A DNA stretch of 62,798 nt, the filler included, from Leucoraja erinacea (lineage: Eukaryota), in the NCBI RefSeq assembly GCF_028641065.1. It is 3 parts of 3 records of this genome, joined end to end, with 100 filler letters (N's around TTAATTAATTAA, not from the genome) between each part and the next. Parts side by side here need not be neighbours in the genome. Positions count along the whole stretch, not along the records: positions 1 to 22,695 come from NW_026576105.1; 2 more parts are not named here. The stretch is one strand, 5' to 3'. Positions within the stretch are counted from its first letter, which is position 1, and every line of letters starts with the position of its first letter. Positions 1 to 11,930 of this stretch are shown here, piece by piece. The notes beneath the pieces were generated by a model. That model had not been told where the DNA came from. It searched no databases and worked only from the letters and a program-made list of their open reading frames with translations. The translations under genes were made by a program, and so were the position numbers.

Positions 1-425
1 GGATCAGGGGATGTGGGGAGAAGGCAGGTACGGGATACTGAGTCGGATGATCAGCCATGATCATATTGAATGGCGGTGTAGGCTCGAACTACCGAATAGC
101 ATACTCCTGCACCTATTTTCTATGTTTCTATGTTTCTAGGAAAGTAGGGATATGAATCACACGGAGAGAGAGGATATGACTTTAACTTGGCATCTGAATA
201 CCCTCGTAACACCATGAACAGGAAAGAAACTTCGAATTGTATATACTTTTATTTCAGATGTTTAGACCCGGAGATGTAAACTTGCATTGGTGTGCCCGCG
301 AGGGCGAGTTACATAGCATACATCAGCAGCTCACATTAACAGTAAGGACGGAAAATAGAATACAACTCTCAAGCTCCGTTTCACTGACAATCCGCATTGT
401 TGTTGTAGAGAAAAATGTGTTCAGT

Positions 426-3400
426 CTATTTGAACCGCTTGCGAATTAGATAGAACGGATACTTAACCACTTCCTGCAGCTGCTCTCTAAACTTAGTCTG
501 TGTCCCCCCGTAAATGCACGAGTTGGTGCAAGAACTTAGTATCTCCAGCATGTATCCACTTTCTTGGAGAATAAACCTGGGGTCGTTGGAATTGGAACGG
601 GTTGCATAACCGCTGCTTGTAATTTGCACAAAGAGGAAGTTTGCGACGTAGGTCAATCGCAACAGCATAAAACTGCCCGAGATCGCCATGAGTAGAATGA
701 TCGACTTCCGCCGACTCTCCATTTCCGGGTCACTTTGTTTTCCACCGTTGGTCTGGGCCCGGAGCCTCTTGCGGGCTGCACTGGCAGCTAGAATGTGTCT
801 GACCGTCACAACATTGAGCAACAGAATTAGTAGGAACGGGAGGCATGGGTTCAAAACGCGGTGTAGACAATCGTACACTATCCATGCAATTGAAGTGTAG
901 TATGAATCTTTTATGGTGCAAAACCAGGGTATATTATCAATTATGTAGACTGGCTCATATATAAAATAAAATGGGGCGTTCTTCAAACAGCCTAACGCGC
1001 AGACCGTTGCAATAACACCCGCCGCGATTTTCTCAGTGCAATATATTAGTTTCAGTTTCTGACAGCAAATGGCGATGAACCGATCGAACGTGAAAGCGAC
1101 CGTCAACCAGACGGAAGCATCTTTTGAAATCCAGCTGAGGACAATAAGGACCTTGCAGGTCGGAATGGTAGACAGGACTGTGTTCGGGAAATAAATAGCC
1201 CGAAGCCGGCTTAGGATCACGGCGGTGATGATGACCAGGAAGTCCATCACCGCCATGGATACCAGGTAGCGAGTGATACAGTTGGAGAGGCCGCATCTTC
1301 CTCTGGATAGAATCGCAATCGTCACCAAATTCGCTGCAGAACAGAGGGAGAGACCGGGATATTAATATACCATATAACATATAACATGTAACATATAACA
1401 ATTACAGCACGGAAACAGGCCATCTCGTCCCTTCTAGCCCGTCCCGAACACTTATTTTGCCCTAGTCCCATCTACCTGCACTCAGACCATAACCCTCCAT
1501 TCCTTTACCGTCCATATACCTATCCAATTAATTTGTAAATGATAAAATCGAAACTGCCTCCACCACTTCCACTGGAAGCTCATTCCTCACAGCTACCACT
1601 CTCTGAGTAAAGAGGTTCCCCCTCATGTCACCCCTTAAACTTCTATCCCTTATTTCTCAAGTCATGTCCTCTTGTTTGAATCTTCCCTACTCTCAATGGG
1701 AAAAGCTTATCCACGTCAACTTTGTCTATCCTTCTCATCATGTTAAAGACCTTTATCAAGTCAAGATACAAGATACAAGATACAAGATACATTTAATTGT
1801 CATTTGGATCCCTTGAGGTCCAAACGAAATGCCGTTTTTGCAGCCATACATTACAAACAAATAGACCCAAGACACAACATAATTTACATAAACATCCATC
1901 ACATTGCTGTGGTGGAAGGCCAAATAAACTTATCTCTCCCCTGCACCCCCCCCCCCCCCCCGATGTCAGAGTCTAAGGTTAAGTCCTCCCTTAACCTCCT
2001 GCGCTCCAAAGAATAAAGACCTAACTTGTTCAACCTTTCTCTGTAAGCTAATTAATAATTAGCTTCGCCGCTAGAAAATGCAACGAATTCTAATATTGCT
2101 GTCAGATCCTGTCTATTCGACCATTGAGTCGTGGCTGATCTCTCTTTACTGCTCAAACTCATTCACCTGCCTTCTCCCCATAACCCTTGACACACTTACT
2201 ATTCCGGAATGTGTCGACTTTCGCCTTAAATTTGCCCATTGACTTGAGCTCCACACAAACGACAGAAAAATAATTCCAATTTCGCGCGTATAATCAACTA
2301 ATTCTCTTCATGCGTGTGATACGAGACCCATTATCGCATATCGTGTAGGAATAATTTAATACATCAGCAGACAGTCCATGGAATGTAACCAGTTTATATG
2401 GAAACACATAATGAAGATATATTTTTTTCTTGTAAGAAACTACCACCAGTGATGGGGTGTCGCGGATAAATCTGACAGAGCTTCATCGTAACGACTCCTT
2501 CGATGAAGGGCGTGGCGGTGGCCCAAGAGGTCTCGCAAACATGAACGTTGGCAAATGTTTCAAGATATTTTCTATCTGATGTTTCGTCGTCCAGAATATA
2601 TCAGAGCTACAACGTGGAAAGAGCCCGTTCATCCCACCAATCACGCAAACCACCCGTTCACAATAGTTCAATGTTATCATACTTTACAATTCCAGCCAGT
2701 TTCTGAGTGGAAAATTGCAGCCTCTCAACTTCCAATTTCAAACACGACATCCTTTGCAGTAGAAGTTTCCACGGGGAGGGTGGTGGGTTAATATCTTTAC
2801 TAAAGCGAGTTAACAAACATTACTACAAAACCATTTGGTATACGGATAGGATTCATAGCCGAAATAAAGATCATGACTCTCTGCATTAATGCACCGATTT
2901 CAGAGTTCAGTTCGTGTAATTACGTCGCTATGCATAAGATAGGTACTGGGCTCGTGACAATAAAGCGCCTGAAAATTTATTGATTACAATAAGAACTACA
3001 ATTCAAAAAAAGTTGTGATGACCAACAAGTCGGAGAGCTTGGTGAAATAGAATTCCAATCTGCTCTGGATACGAAATGTATCAATACGATGCCGCATTTA
3101 TGGTTTACATTAGACAGTCACAATATCTGTGATAGTTATCATATTTTAATCAAAGTACAAAATGAAATAAATACACTAGAAAACAAAAAGTGCTGGAGTA
3201 ACACAGCGGGTCGGGCAATAATCGTTGGTGAGTAAGGGAGAACGTATCGGCGACATTTTGGGTCGGGGCCCATCTTCAGACCTTCCTCCTGTCCTGCCAC
3301 TTGCAAGAATGTCATCCCTTGCTCTCGACTACCGCCGCATCTGCTTCCACGCCGAAGCATTTCACTTCAGATTATCCAGAATGTCCTTTATTCAGTAAGC

Positions 3401-4814
3401 GTAGCTCCCCATGCTGTCGCGGGTGGATCACTCACCCATGTGTCCTCTGTGCCCTTGTTCTGCTTATCGCATCCCTAACCCCACCCCACGAAGCTTACTG
3501 GGAGAAGTCTCTTAACGTAGAAACATAAAATATGTGCAGGAGTAGGCCACTCGGCCCTTCGAGCCTGCACCGCCATTCAATATGATCATGGCTGATCATC
3601 CAACTCAGTATGTTGTACCTGCCTTCTCTCCATACCCCCTGAAACCTTTAGCCACAAGGGCCACATCTAACTCCCTCTTAAATATAGCCAATTAACTCGC
3701 TTCAACAGAGAATTCCACAGATTCACCACTCTCTGTGTAAAAAATGTTGTTCTCATCTCGGTCCTAAAAGATTCCCCCTTATCCTTCAACTGTGACCCCT
3801 TGTTCTGGACTTCCCAACATCGGGAACAATCTTCCTGCATCTAGCTTGTCTAACCCCGTTAGAATTTTGTAAGTTTCTATAAGATCCTCCCTCAACCTTC
3901 TAAGTTCTAGCGACTACAAGCCGAGTCTATCCAGTCTTTCTTCATATGAAAGTGCTGACATCCCAGGTCTCATGGTCGATACAAGGGTTCAGATACGTTG
4001 TCCATTCATTACCTCCACAGATGCTGCCGCCTAGCTAAATCACTCCGGTACTTTATGTTTTGCTGCAAGATTCCAGTATTTACAGCCCCTTGTGTCGCCA
4101 AAGAAAATATACAGGATAAAAGTAATTTAAAAATAAACATTAGACGTAAAAACGTTTGAATGTGACGCGACGTTGAACGAAAAGTGCGTGCCTTGCACCA
4201 AACTGCGTGCATCAGAGAATATTTTGAAATCAGCCTTCAGAAACTGGTCAAGTAATATATAATGAAGTTAACATTGGGACCTAAAATAGTAAAGGGCCTG
4301 TCCCACTCAACGAGGTAATTCAAGAGCTCTTAAAAAAATCAAACTCGTTGTAAGTACGTAGAATGTACGTAGCGGGTACGTCTGAGGTCGGGACGTCTCT
4401 TAGCAGCTCGTAACGCTAACGTCAGGTACTCGGGGAACGCGGTAACTCGTGAAGACATGTGAAGATTTTTCAACATGTTGAAAAATATCCACGAGAGCCC
4501 CGAATACCTACGAGCGGCTGTTACCATAATTCTCCGAGTTCGAATCAGGTGAATCTCGGGAGAACTCTTGAATTACCTTGTAGTGTGGAACAGGCCCTAA
4601 AAATCGAAGGAATACACTTCGTCGTCGAAACACTCTGTAGGTAGCTGAAAAGAAATCATGAAAAAATATATTGAACAATCAAAATACTCAGCAACGAACG
4701 GTTATACGTTTTTTGTCCGCGTTTAGTCTATTTTCATTCGTCACCTGGAACGCCGAAAGCAGCAAGGGCAGAATAATAAATAGCGAAGACAGGTCCATTC
4801 CCAGGCGCGTGCAT
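426..4814 (-). CDS. GPR139/GPR142-like class A GPCR, gene 1 (exons 4814-4745 and 1333-426; 325 aa)
   Basis: Exon 1 MHAPGNGPVFAIYYSALAAFGVP ends CCAG|GTGA; exon 2 follows ctgttctgcag| in phase 1 (ANLVTIAILS...). 7TM ORF with SVWLTVAFTFDRFIAIC and TM7 TNSCIY, ending in TAG at 428-426. The YYS..G.PAN..T..ILS and W.TV..T.DR.IA.C motifs resemble GPR139. Confidence 0.9.
1375..2050 (-). mobile_element. CR1 3' fragment (family B) in the GPCR gene 1 intron
   Basis: Reverse complement of ~38240-38680; interrupted at ~1762-1980 by another repeat tail. Confidence 0.8.
3518..3970 (-). mobile_element. CR1 3' fragment (family A)
   Basis: Conserved GGCCCTTCGAGCCTGCACCGCCATTCAATATGATCATGGCTGATCATCC 3' UTR. 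Confidence 0.85.
4293..4598. mobile_element. MITE (PIF/Harbinger-like) in the GPCR gene 1 intron
   Basis: Imperfect TIRs AGGGCCTGTCCCACT..GAGGTAATTCAAGAG and CTCTTGAATTACCTT..ACAGGCCCT. Confidence 0.65.
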
Positions 4815-5051
4815 AATCCGTTAGAACGACGTCCTGCTAAAATGTCGATTGTGAAATTAATACTGCAGTACATCTCCTTATATTAGATCACGCCATTGAA
4901 TCTAAAAATAGCTCAAACCATTAACATTGTTAGTTGCATTTCTCGGAGAAAAACAAATTAGCTCACAAACTTACATGCTTCAATGAGTTGTTTAAGAAAG
5001 AACTGCAGATGCTGGAAAAATCGAAGGCAGACAAAAATGCTGGAGAATCTC

Positions 5052-5715
5052 ATAGAAACATAGAAACATAGAAAATAGGTGCAGGAGTAGGCCATTCGGC
5101 CCTTCGAGCCTGCAACGCCATTCGATATGATCGTGGCTAATCATCCGACTCGGTATCCCATCCCTGCCTTCTCTCCATACCCCCTGATCCCTTTAGACAC
5201 AAGGGCCACATCTAACTATCTCTTAAATATAGCCAATGAACTGGCCTCAACTACCTTCTGTGCCAGAGAATTCCACAGATTCACCACTCTCTGTGTAAAA
5301 AAATGATATTCTCATCTCGGTCCTAAAATACGTCCCTCTTATCCTTAAACTGTGGCCCCTAGTTCTGGACTTCCCCAACATCGGGAATAATCATCCTGCA
5401 TCTAACCTGTCCAACCACTTAAGAATTTTATAAGTTTCTATAAGATCCCTCCTCAATCTTCTAAATTCTAGCGTGTACAAGCCGAGTCTATCCAGCCTTT
5501 CTTCATATGAAAGTCCTGACATCCCAGGAATCAGTCGGGTGAACCTTCTCTGTACTCCCCTCTATGGCAAGAATATCTTTCCTCAGATTAGGAGAACAAA
5601 ACTGTGCGCAATACTCCAGGTGTGGTCTCACCAAGACCTGGACAACTGCAGTAGAACCTCCCTGCTCGTATACTCAATTCCTTTTGCTATGAATGCTAAC
5701 ATGCCATTTGCTTCT
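5052..5715 (-). mobile_element. CR1 3' fragment (family A) splitting a Penelope-derived foldback
   Basis: (CATAGAAA)n tail; ANGMLAFIAKGIEY frame. Confidence 0.85.
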
Positions 5716-6324
5716 ATCTTGCGAGGCAGCGGGTCGGGTCGAGACCCTTCTTCTGAAGAATAAACCCTTCTCCTGAAGAAGACCTTTCTGAAGAAGGGTC
5801 TCGACCAGAAACGTCGTCTATTGCTTCGCTCCACAGATGCTGCCTTACCCGGTGAGTTTCTCCAGCATTCTTGCTTCAATGAATTGATCATATTGAAGGC
5901 ACTTAAAACGAGCACTACTTCAGACCTCTACTTCAAACCAAACTGTATCCTGTACGCTGTACATCTCTTCTGATATTGCAACACCAGCCATAGCACCAGG
6001 CTGGATCTCTGCCTATATCACAGCCGTTACTAAAATTGTATGTCTAGAATAAGTCCACATTAATTGAGGGATACGCTGTAATTGCCGAACGCACGATTCA
6101 TATCTCTCTGACTGCTGCAATACCAAACAGAAAATGTTTGCATTACACTTGCTGAACATTCCGGTTAAAAGTGAATCGGTGGATTTTTATTTTATTTTTT
6201 ACACGGAGTGGTAGGGCCCTGGAACGCACATAGAAACAGGGGAACATAGAATATATGCGCAGAAATAAGCTATTTGGCCCTTTGACCAGCACGGCCATTC
6301 ATAGTGATCATGGCTGATCACAGT

Positions 6325-6550
6325 TAATAATATAATAATAATAATAATCTTATTTATATAGCACATTTTTAGTCAACTTGCATTGACCCCAAAGTGCTTC
6401 ACATAATTACATTACATTTACACACAGGCAAAGGTGGGTGAAGTGTCTTGCCCCAAGGACACAACGACAGTATGCACTCCAAGGGGGATTCGAACCGGCT
6501 ACCTTCCGGTCGCCAGCCGAACACTTAGCCCATTGCGCCATCTGTTGTCT
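6325..6550 (-). mobile_element. tRNA-derived SINE with L2-type tail
   Basis: A box TGGCGCAATGG, B box GGTTCGAATCC, body GTGTCCTTGGGGCAAGACACTT, tail GAAGCACTTTG..GTGCTATATAAATAAA(TTA)n. Confidence 0.7.
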
Positions 6551-7842
6551 CACAGTTGAGGGTAGCGCTGGGGCAGATACAATAGTGGCATTGAAGAGCC
6601 TTTTAGATAGGCACCTGAACATGCAGGGATTTGGACACGTGCAGGCGGAAGTGCTTAGTTTAACCTGTCATCTCTTTCAGCAATAGATCAGGAACAGACA
6701 CTGGTAAAAGACACAAGGAAGGCCTGGATTATTTTCCTATGAGTCTGCTCCCAGTGAAACACCCACCATTCCTTTTTTCAATTCCACGACAACACCACGT
6801 GACACCTGCATTTAAATTACACCAAAGGTAGACAAAAATGCTGGAGAAACTCAGCGGATGGGGCAGCATATATGGAGCGAAGGAAATAAGCAACGTTTTG
6901 GGACGATACCGTTTTTCATGTAATTTCTTCTTCAAACTATATAATTCCCCATTATGCAGCGCCCAGCCTGAGTTCATATTCCAGTGGTCCCTGTCAGTCA
7001 TTACCCAATCATCGGTCATAGTACACATGTCCTTCAACCTTTACCTGACATCTTGTTGGTATGTCACAACGGTCCATCTTATTTTAAAGGAAGCCTCCAT
7101 AATGTTTAACTAACGTCAGGACTCCGTGGTCAGGCAAATTTCACGTTGCACGATGAGTCGGCCAAACATATTACATTGGTCACTTCGAATCCAAAGCCGT
7201 GTTGGATGCACGTTAATTCTTATGTGTGAATTGCCCCCAATGTGTAGAGAGTGGGTGCTAAAATGGCATTACATAACTGGTGTGAACGGTTGAACGATGC
7301 CCGGCGTGGAGTCCCTGGGTCATTCGAGGGGCCTTTTGCCATGCTGCATCTTCCAAGCGAGGCCATACGGTGCAAGGAGTTGGTGCTAAAATGGGATTAC
7401 AGAACTAGTGTACCAAGGTTTCCGTGCGGTTTCCGGAGGTTGCAGGTGGTTGCCGGAGGTTGCAGGTAGTGGAAGCAGGTAGGGAGACTGACAAAAACCT
7501 CCGGGATCCTCCGGAAACCGCACGGGAACTTTGGGTGGGGCGAAAAGTCTCCAGAGGTTTCCGTTCAGGTTTCCTAAGTGGGACAGGGGCTTAACGAAAC
7601 CAATACCAGTAACAAACTTCCATTTTATCTAATTTGTGCTTTCACTTTAAATGCATTACATCTGCTTAATTTCAAAACGCATTATCATGGCTGTTTGATC
7701 TCTTCGTTCAGAATACTGCAATCAACACTTTGTCGTAATCCAGGTTAATTGCCACTTCAGGGAATACAATCGTGTGAATAAAGATGTGCGGAAGCGCCGA
7801 TATCTGACATTGCATCTCATTAGACTACCGTTCAGAAGAAAA

Positions 7843-10652
7843 ATGCACGCTCCTGGAAATGGGCCGGTCTTTGCAATTTACTATTCTCTCCTTGCATCGT
7901 TCGGTGTCCCAGGTAAGGCACCAGTACCTGTTAACAACGGACAGTGACTCTGTCGGTCACGCCGCGCAGCAATTGCTTATTACTAATTGGTGGTCATTTT
8001 ATTTCAGTTTTCTTACGGTGCAAAGAAAATACGGCCCCAGATCTCCGCTGTTTGTGAGATTGAAAGTAAATATTAATTTGACCAAATTACTTGCAAGGGG
8101 AGGTTGTTAATATTGATTCAAAAATACCGTGTTCTATAATATTGGCCTGTGCAATGAAATCGCGTATATCTTTTGTTTAAAATTACGTTTGATTGCACTT
8201 TTGACTGGAATATCGACGTTCTCTGGGCAAGTGAGAACATCACTGATAGTAATCTGCTTAAAATTTGAAACGTGCCTCGTTGCTATCACTTAAAATTGAT
8301 TTATCGACTGAGGATATTAAGCTAATTACACATGCTCATCCTGTCCGACCGATGCAACTTCTCGTTATCCATCCACAAACGTTTGCTGCGGTGTCCCACA
8401 CACTAATCTACCTAAATGTTTATTTTCTGGTGTTACTTTTGCACGGGTATGTAACAAATTATTTACCACGATGAATAATTAGGCATGTGGGAATATAACA
8501 TCAACACGGAATGTTCAGATTGATATGATGCAGTTTTTAAACCAGAATGCTTTTGCTTCCTTATAACCATATAACCATATAACCATATAACAATTACAGC
8601 ACGGAAACAGGCCATCTCGGCCCTACATGTCCATGCCGAACAATTCTTTTTCCCCTTAGTCCCACCTGCCTGCACTCGTACTATAACCCTCCATTCCCTT
8701 CTCATCCATATACAGTTATACAGTTTATACAGTTTACAGTTTATACAGTTGTATTATACAGTTTACAGTTTGCAACTTACAACTTTGTTTACTGTCACGT
8801 GTGCCGAGGTATAGTGAAAAGCTTGTGTTTTTTATGCCACCCAGTCAGCAGTAAGACAATATATGATTGCAATCGAGCAAATTACAGTGTATAGATATAC
8901 ACAGACTCTTTGAATCACTTACCTCTGGAAGGCGACTCCGGACTGTCAACGCTGCCACACCCAGAAATTAAAAAAACAGATTTTTTTTCCACGACTCAAT
9001 AACCAAAAATCTGTAGCCTCCTTTTGTTCTGGTATTTTATTTAATTCACATGTTTAATCGATACATTTTAATATTAATGTTTAATGTTTTATGTGTCATT
9101 CCTAGGCCACTGTATGTTGTCACTTGCGGTCGGAGCACCAAGGCAAATTCCTTGTATGTGAATACTTGGTTAATAAATTCATTCGTTCTTATTCATTCTT
9201 TCATACGATAAATTGCCCCTTGACAGTGTGATGACAGAACTCGAGTAAACGGGAGAGCGATGTTCCCCGTGGACTCGGTGGGTCATTCTAGGGGTCTTTT
9301 ACCAGTTTGGATCCTTGAAGCGGGCAATTAAGACCTTTGTTTAACATTCGCGAGTTCAACTGGCATAATCAGCTCAAAGCGCACATTGATATCCATTTAG
9401 GCATTCCAATAGCATTAAGATTACAACGGGCTTCAACATCGGGAGAAAAATGGAGAACTGGGGAAAGAAAAGACTTTACCTTCCACCACAGTGAGGAAGA
9501 GGTTCACTGTGATGGATGTTTGTGTGAATTGGTTGTGCGTCGAGTAGGAATCGTTTTTTTGTTTGTATGGCTGTAGAAACAGAATTTCGTTTAAGCCTAC
9601 TGCGGTTCAAATAACAATGAATATTGTATTGTATTGTATTGTAAAGATTAATTGGGAAAATACATTTTCCCGTTTCCTCAATACGCTGATGATGTAGAGG
9701 GCAGCCTGATTCCGACTGATCCAGTATCTCCATTTCTCTTACAGCGAACTTAGTAACGATAGTCATCCTGTCAATCGGAGGATGTGGTCTCTCCAAATGC
9801 ATCACACGCTACCTGGTGTTAATGGCAGTGACGGATTTCCTGGTTATTATTAACGCTGTGATATTAAGCCGACTTCGAGCGATATATTTTCCAGTCAGCT
9901 TGCTCTCCGTCACTCCGGGTTGCAGTCTCGTTATTGTCCTGAGCTGGGCGTCCAAGGACACGTCCTCTTGGCTGACGGTCGCATTCACATTCGATCGCTT
10001 CATCGCCATTTGTTGCCAGAGACTGAAGCTTAGGTATTGCCGCGAGAGAATCGCGAATATCGTCATGTGCGCAATCTGTGTGGTGGGTTGTTTGAAAAAC
10101 GTCCCAACCTACTTTGTATACGAGCCTGCCTACATCATTGACGATGTGCCCTGGTACTGCACCATAAAAGATGTATATTATACTTCGATTGCATGGAGGG
10201 TTTCTGACTGGTTTGACCGCATTATAAATCCCTTTTTCCCCTTCGTTTCCATTTTCCTGCTCAATATTCTGACGGTCAGGCACATTCTGTCAGCCAGTGG
10301 AGTTCGCAGGAGGCTCAGGGCCCAGAGCACTGGTCCCAAACAGAGGGACCCAGAGATGGAGAGCAGGCGAAAGTCCATCATTTTACTCATGGCAATCTCG
10401 GGCAGTTTTCTCCTGTTGCGGTTGACATATGTTGTCAATTTTCTATATGTGCAATTTACCAGGAATAACTATGCCAGCGGCTCCAACTCCAATGACCCAA
10501 GGTTTATTCTACAGGAGAGCGGATACATGTTGGAGCTTCTCAGTTCCTGCACCAACTCCTGCATTTATGCAGGGACGCAGACCAAATTCAGAGAGCAGTT
10601 GAAAAATGCGATTCAATCCCCCTTGAAAGAAATTAGGAAATGGCTCAAATAG
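7843..10652 (+). CDS. GPR139/GPR142-like class A GPCR, gene 2 (exons 7843-7912 and 9745-10652; 325 aa)
   Basis: Exon 1 MHAPGNGPVFAIYYSLLASFGVP, donor CAG|GTAAG; acceptor ctcttacag| at 9744; open 7TM frame with DRF and TNSCIY; same CDS length (978 nt) as gene 1. Confidence 0.9.
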
Positions 10653-10680
10653 TGAGTACAAGTGAGAATAGTCACATTTA

Positions 10681-11140
10681 GTCAAGTCAAGTCACATTTA
10701 TTTATATAGCACATTTGAAAAACAACTCTCGTTGGCCAAAGTGCTTTACATTTGTTATAAGAATAGTATAAACAAACAAACTACATACATATATACATAT
10801 ATCCCTCGCTCAGTGGACGTCAGGAAAGGCTTGTGAGTATAGATAATGTTTTAGTCTAGACTTAAAGGTGTCGATGGAGGGGGCAGTTCTGATGGGAAGG
10901 GGGATGCTGTTTCACAGTCTAGGAGCTGCAACCGCAAAGGCGCGGTCGCCCCTAAGTTTATGCCTAGACCGCGGGATATTCAGAAGCCCCAAGCCGTTCG
11001 ATCTGAGTTGTGGGTGAGAAGACTTTTAATGTAGGAGGGGGTAAGCCCATCGAGGGCTTTGTAGACATAGAGGAGGGTCTTGAAATGTATACGGAACCGC
11101 ACAGGGAGCCAGTGGAGAGGGGCCAGGATCGGGAATACAA
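10681..11140 (-). mobile_element. L2-clade LINE 3' fragment just downstream of GPCR gene 2
   Basis: PILAPLHWLPVRFRIHFKTLLYVYKAL; 3' tail TGTAAAGCACTTTG..GTGCTATATAAATAAA. Confidence 0.8.
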
Positions 11141-11524
11141 CATTTGATTCCCTTGATAATAAGTACAAAGAATAAATATATGTTCAAAATGGAAATGTGT
11201 GTCGGAGCGCGGGTGGAGGGAGGGGTGCGATTCACAATCTCTTATCTTCAATATCGCTCTGTGCGCCGTCTCAGGGTGTTTCAGCACGAGAGACCAGCGG
11301 TACAGAAACGGGATAGATAATATATTTACGGAGATAGCTCCTAAATAAAATTATTGCATCTTTGAGCCGTCTCTCTCGTCTTATTCATAACGCGTCGCTC
11401 AGAACGGATCACCACGGTCCAACCCTTGCACTTCCATGTGCGAATTCCAGTTCATCTTACTTTTAAATGTTCCTCCTCCAGCACTTGATTTGTCTACCTT
11501 CGATTCGCCAGCATCTGAAGTTCC

Positions 11525-11930
11525 TTCCGAACACCTCCGCTCGGTCCGCAATAACCAACCTGATCTCCCGGTGGCTCAGCACTTCAATCCCCCCTCCCAC
11601 TGTGTCCTTTCTGTCCTGGGCCTCCTCCATGGCCAGAGTGAGCACGACCGGAAATTGGAGGAGCAGCATCTCATATTTCGCTTTCACCCCAGCAGCATGA
11701 ACATTGACTTCTCCAATTTCCGGTAGCCCTCACTGTCTCCTCCCATTCTTAGCTCTTCCTCAGCCCTCTGGCTCCTCCTCTTTCTTTATTTTTCCCGCTC
11801 CCGCCAACATCAGTCTGTAGAAGGGTTTCCGCCTATATCCTTCGCCCCACAGATGCTGCAGCACCCGCTGAGTTACTCCAGCACGTTTGTCTACCTTCTA
11901 TTTTCCAGCATCTGCAGTCCCTTCTCAAAC
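11525..11930 (+). mobile_element. Penelope-like 3' fragment
   Basis: EHLRSVRNNQPDLPVAQHFN..RKLEEQHLIFR plus terminal repeat; homologous to 39220-39660. Confidence 0.8.

Noticed and set aside
688-900. Similar antisense ORFs over all three GPCRs (also 10178-10438 and 46214-46447)
   Set aside because: Shadow of the conserved sense-strand codons.
9487-9511. CACAGTG and CACTGTG heptamers just upstream of GPCR gene 2 exon 2 (possible V-to-GPCR rearrangement site or D segment)
   Set aside because: No nonamer at 12 or 23 spacing, orientation opposite to a D segment, and the sequence belongs to a repeat tail also seen near 1895 and 54215.
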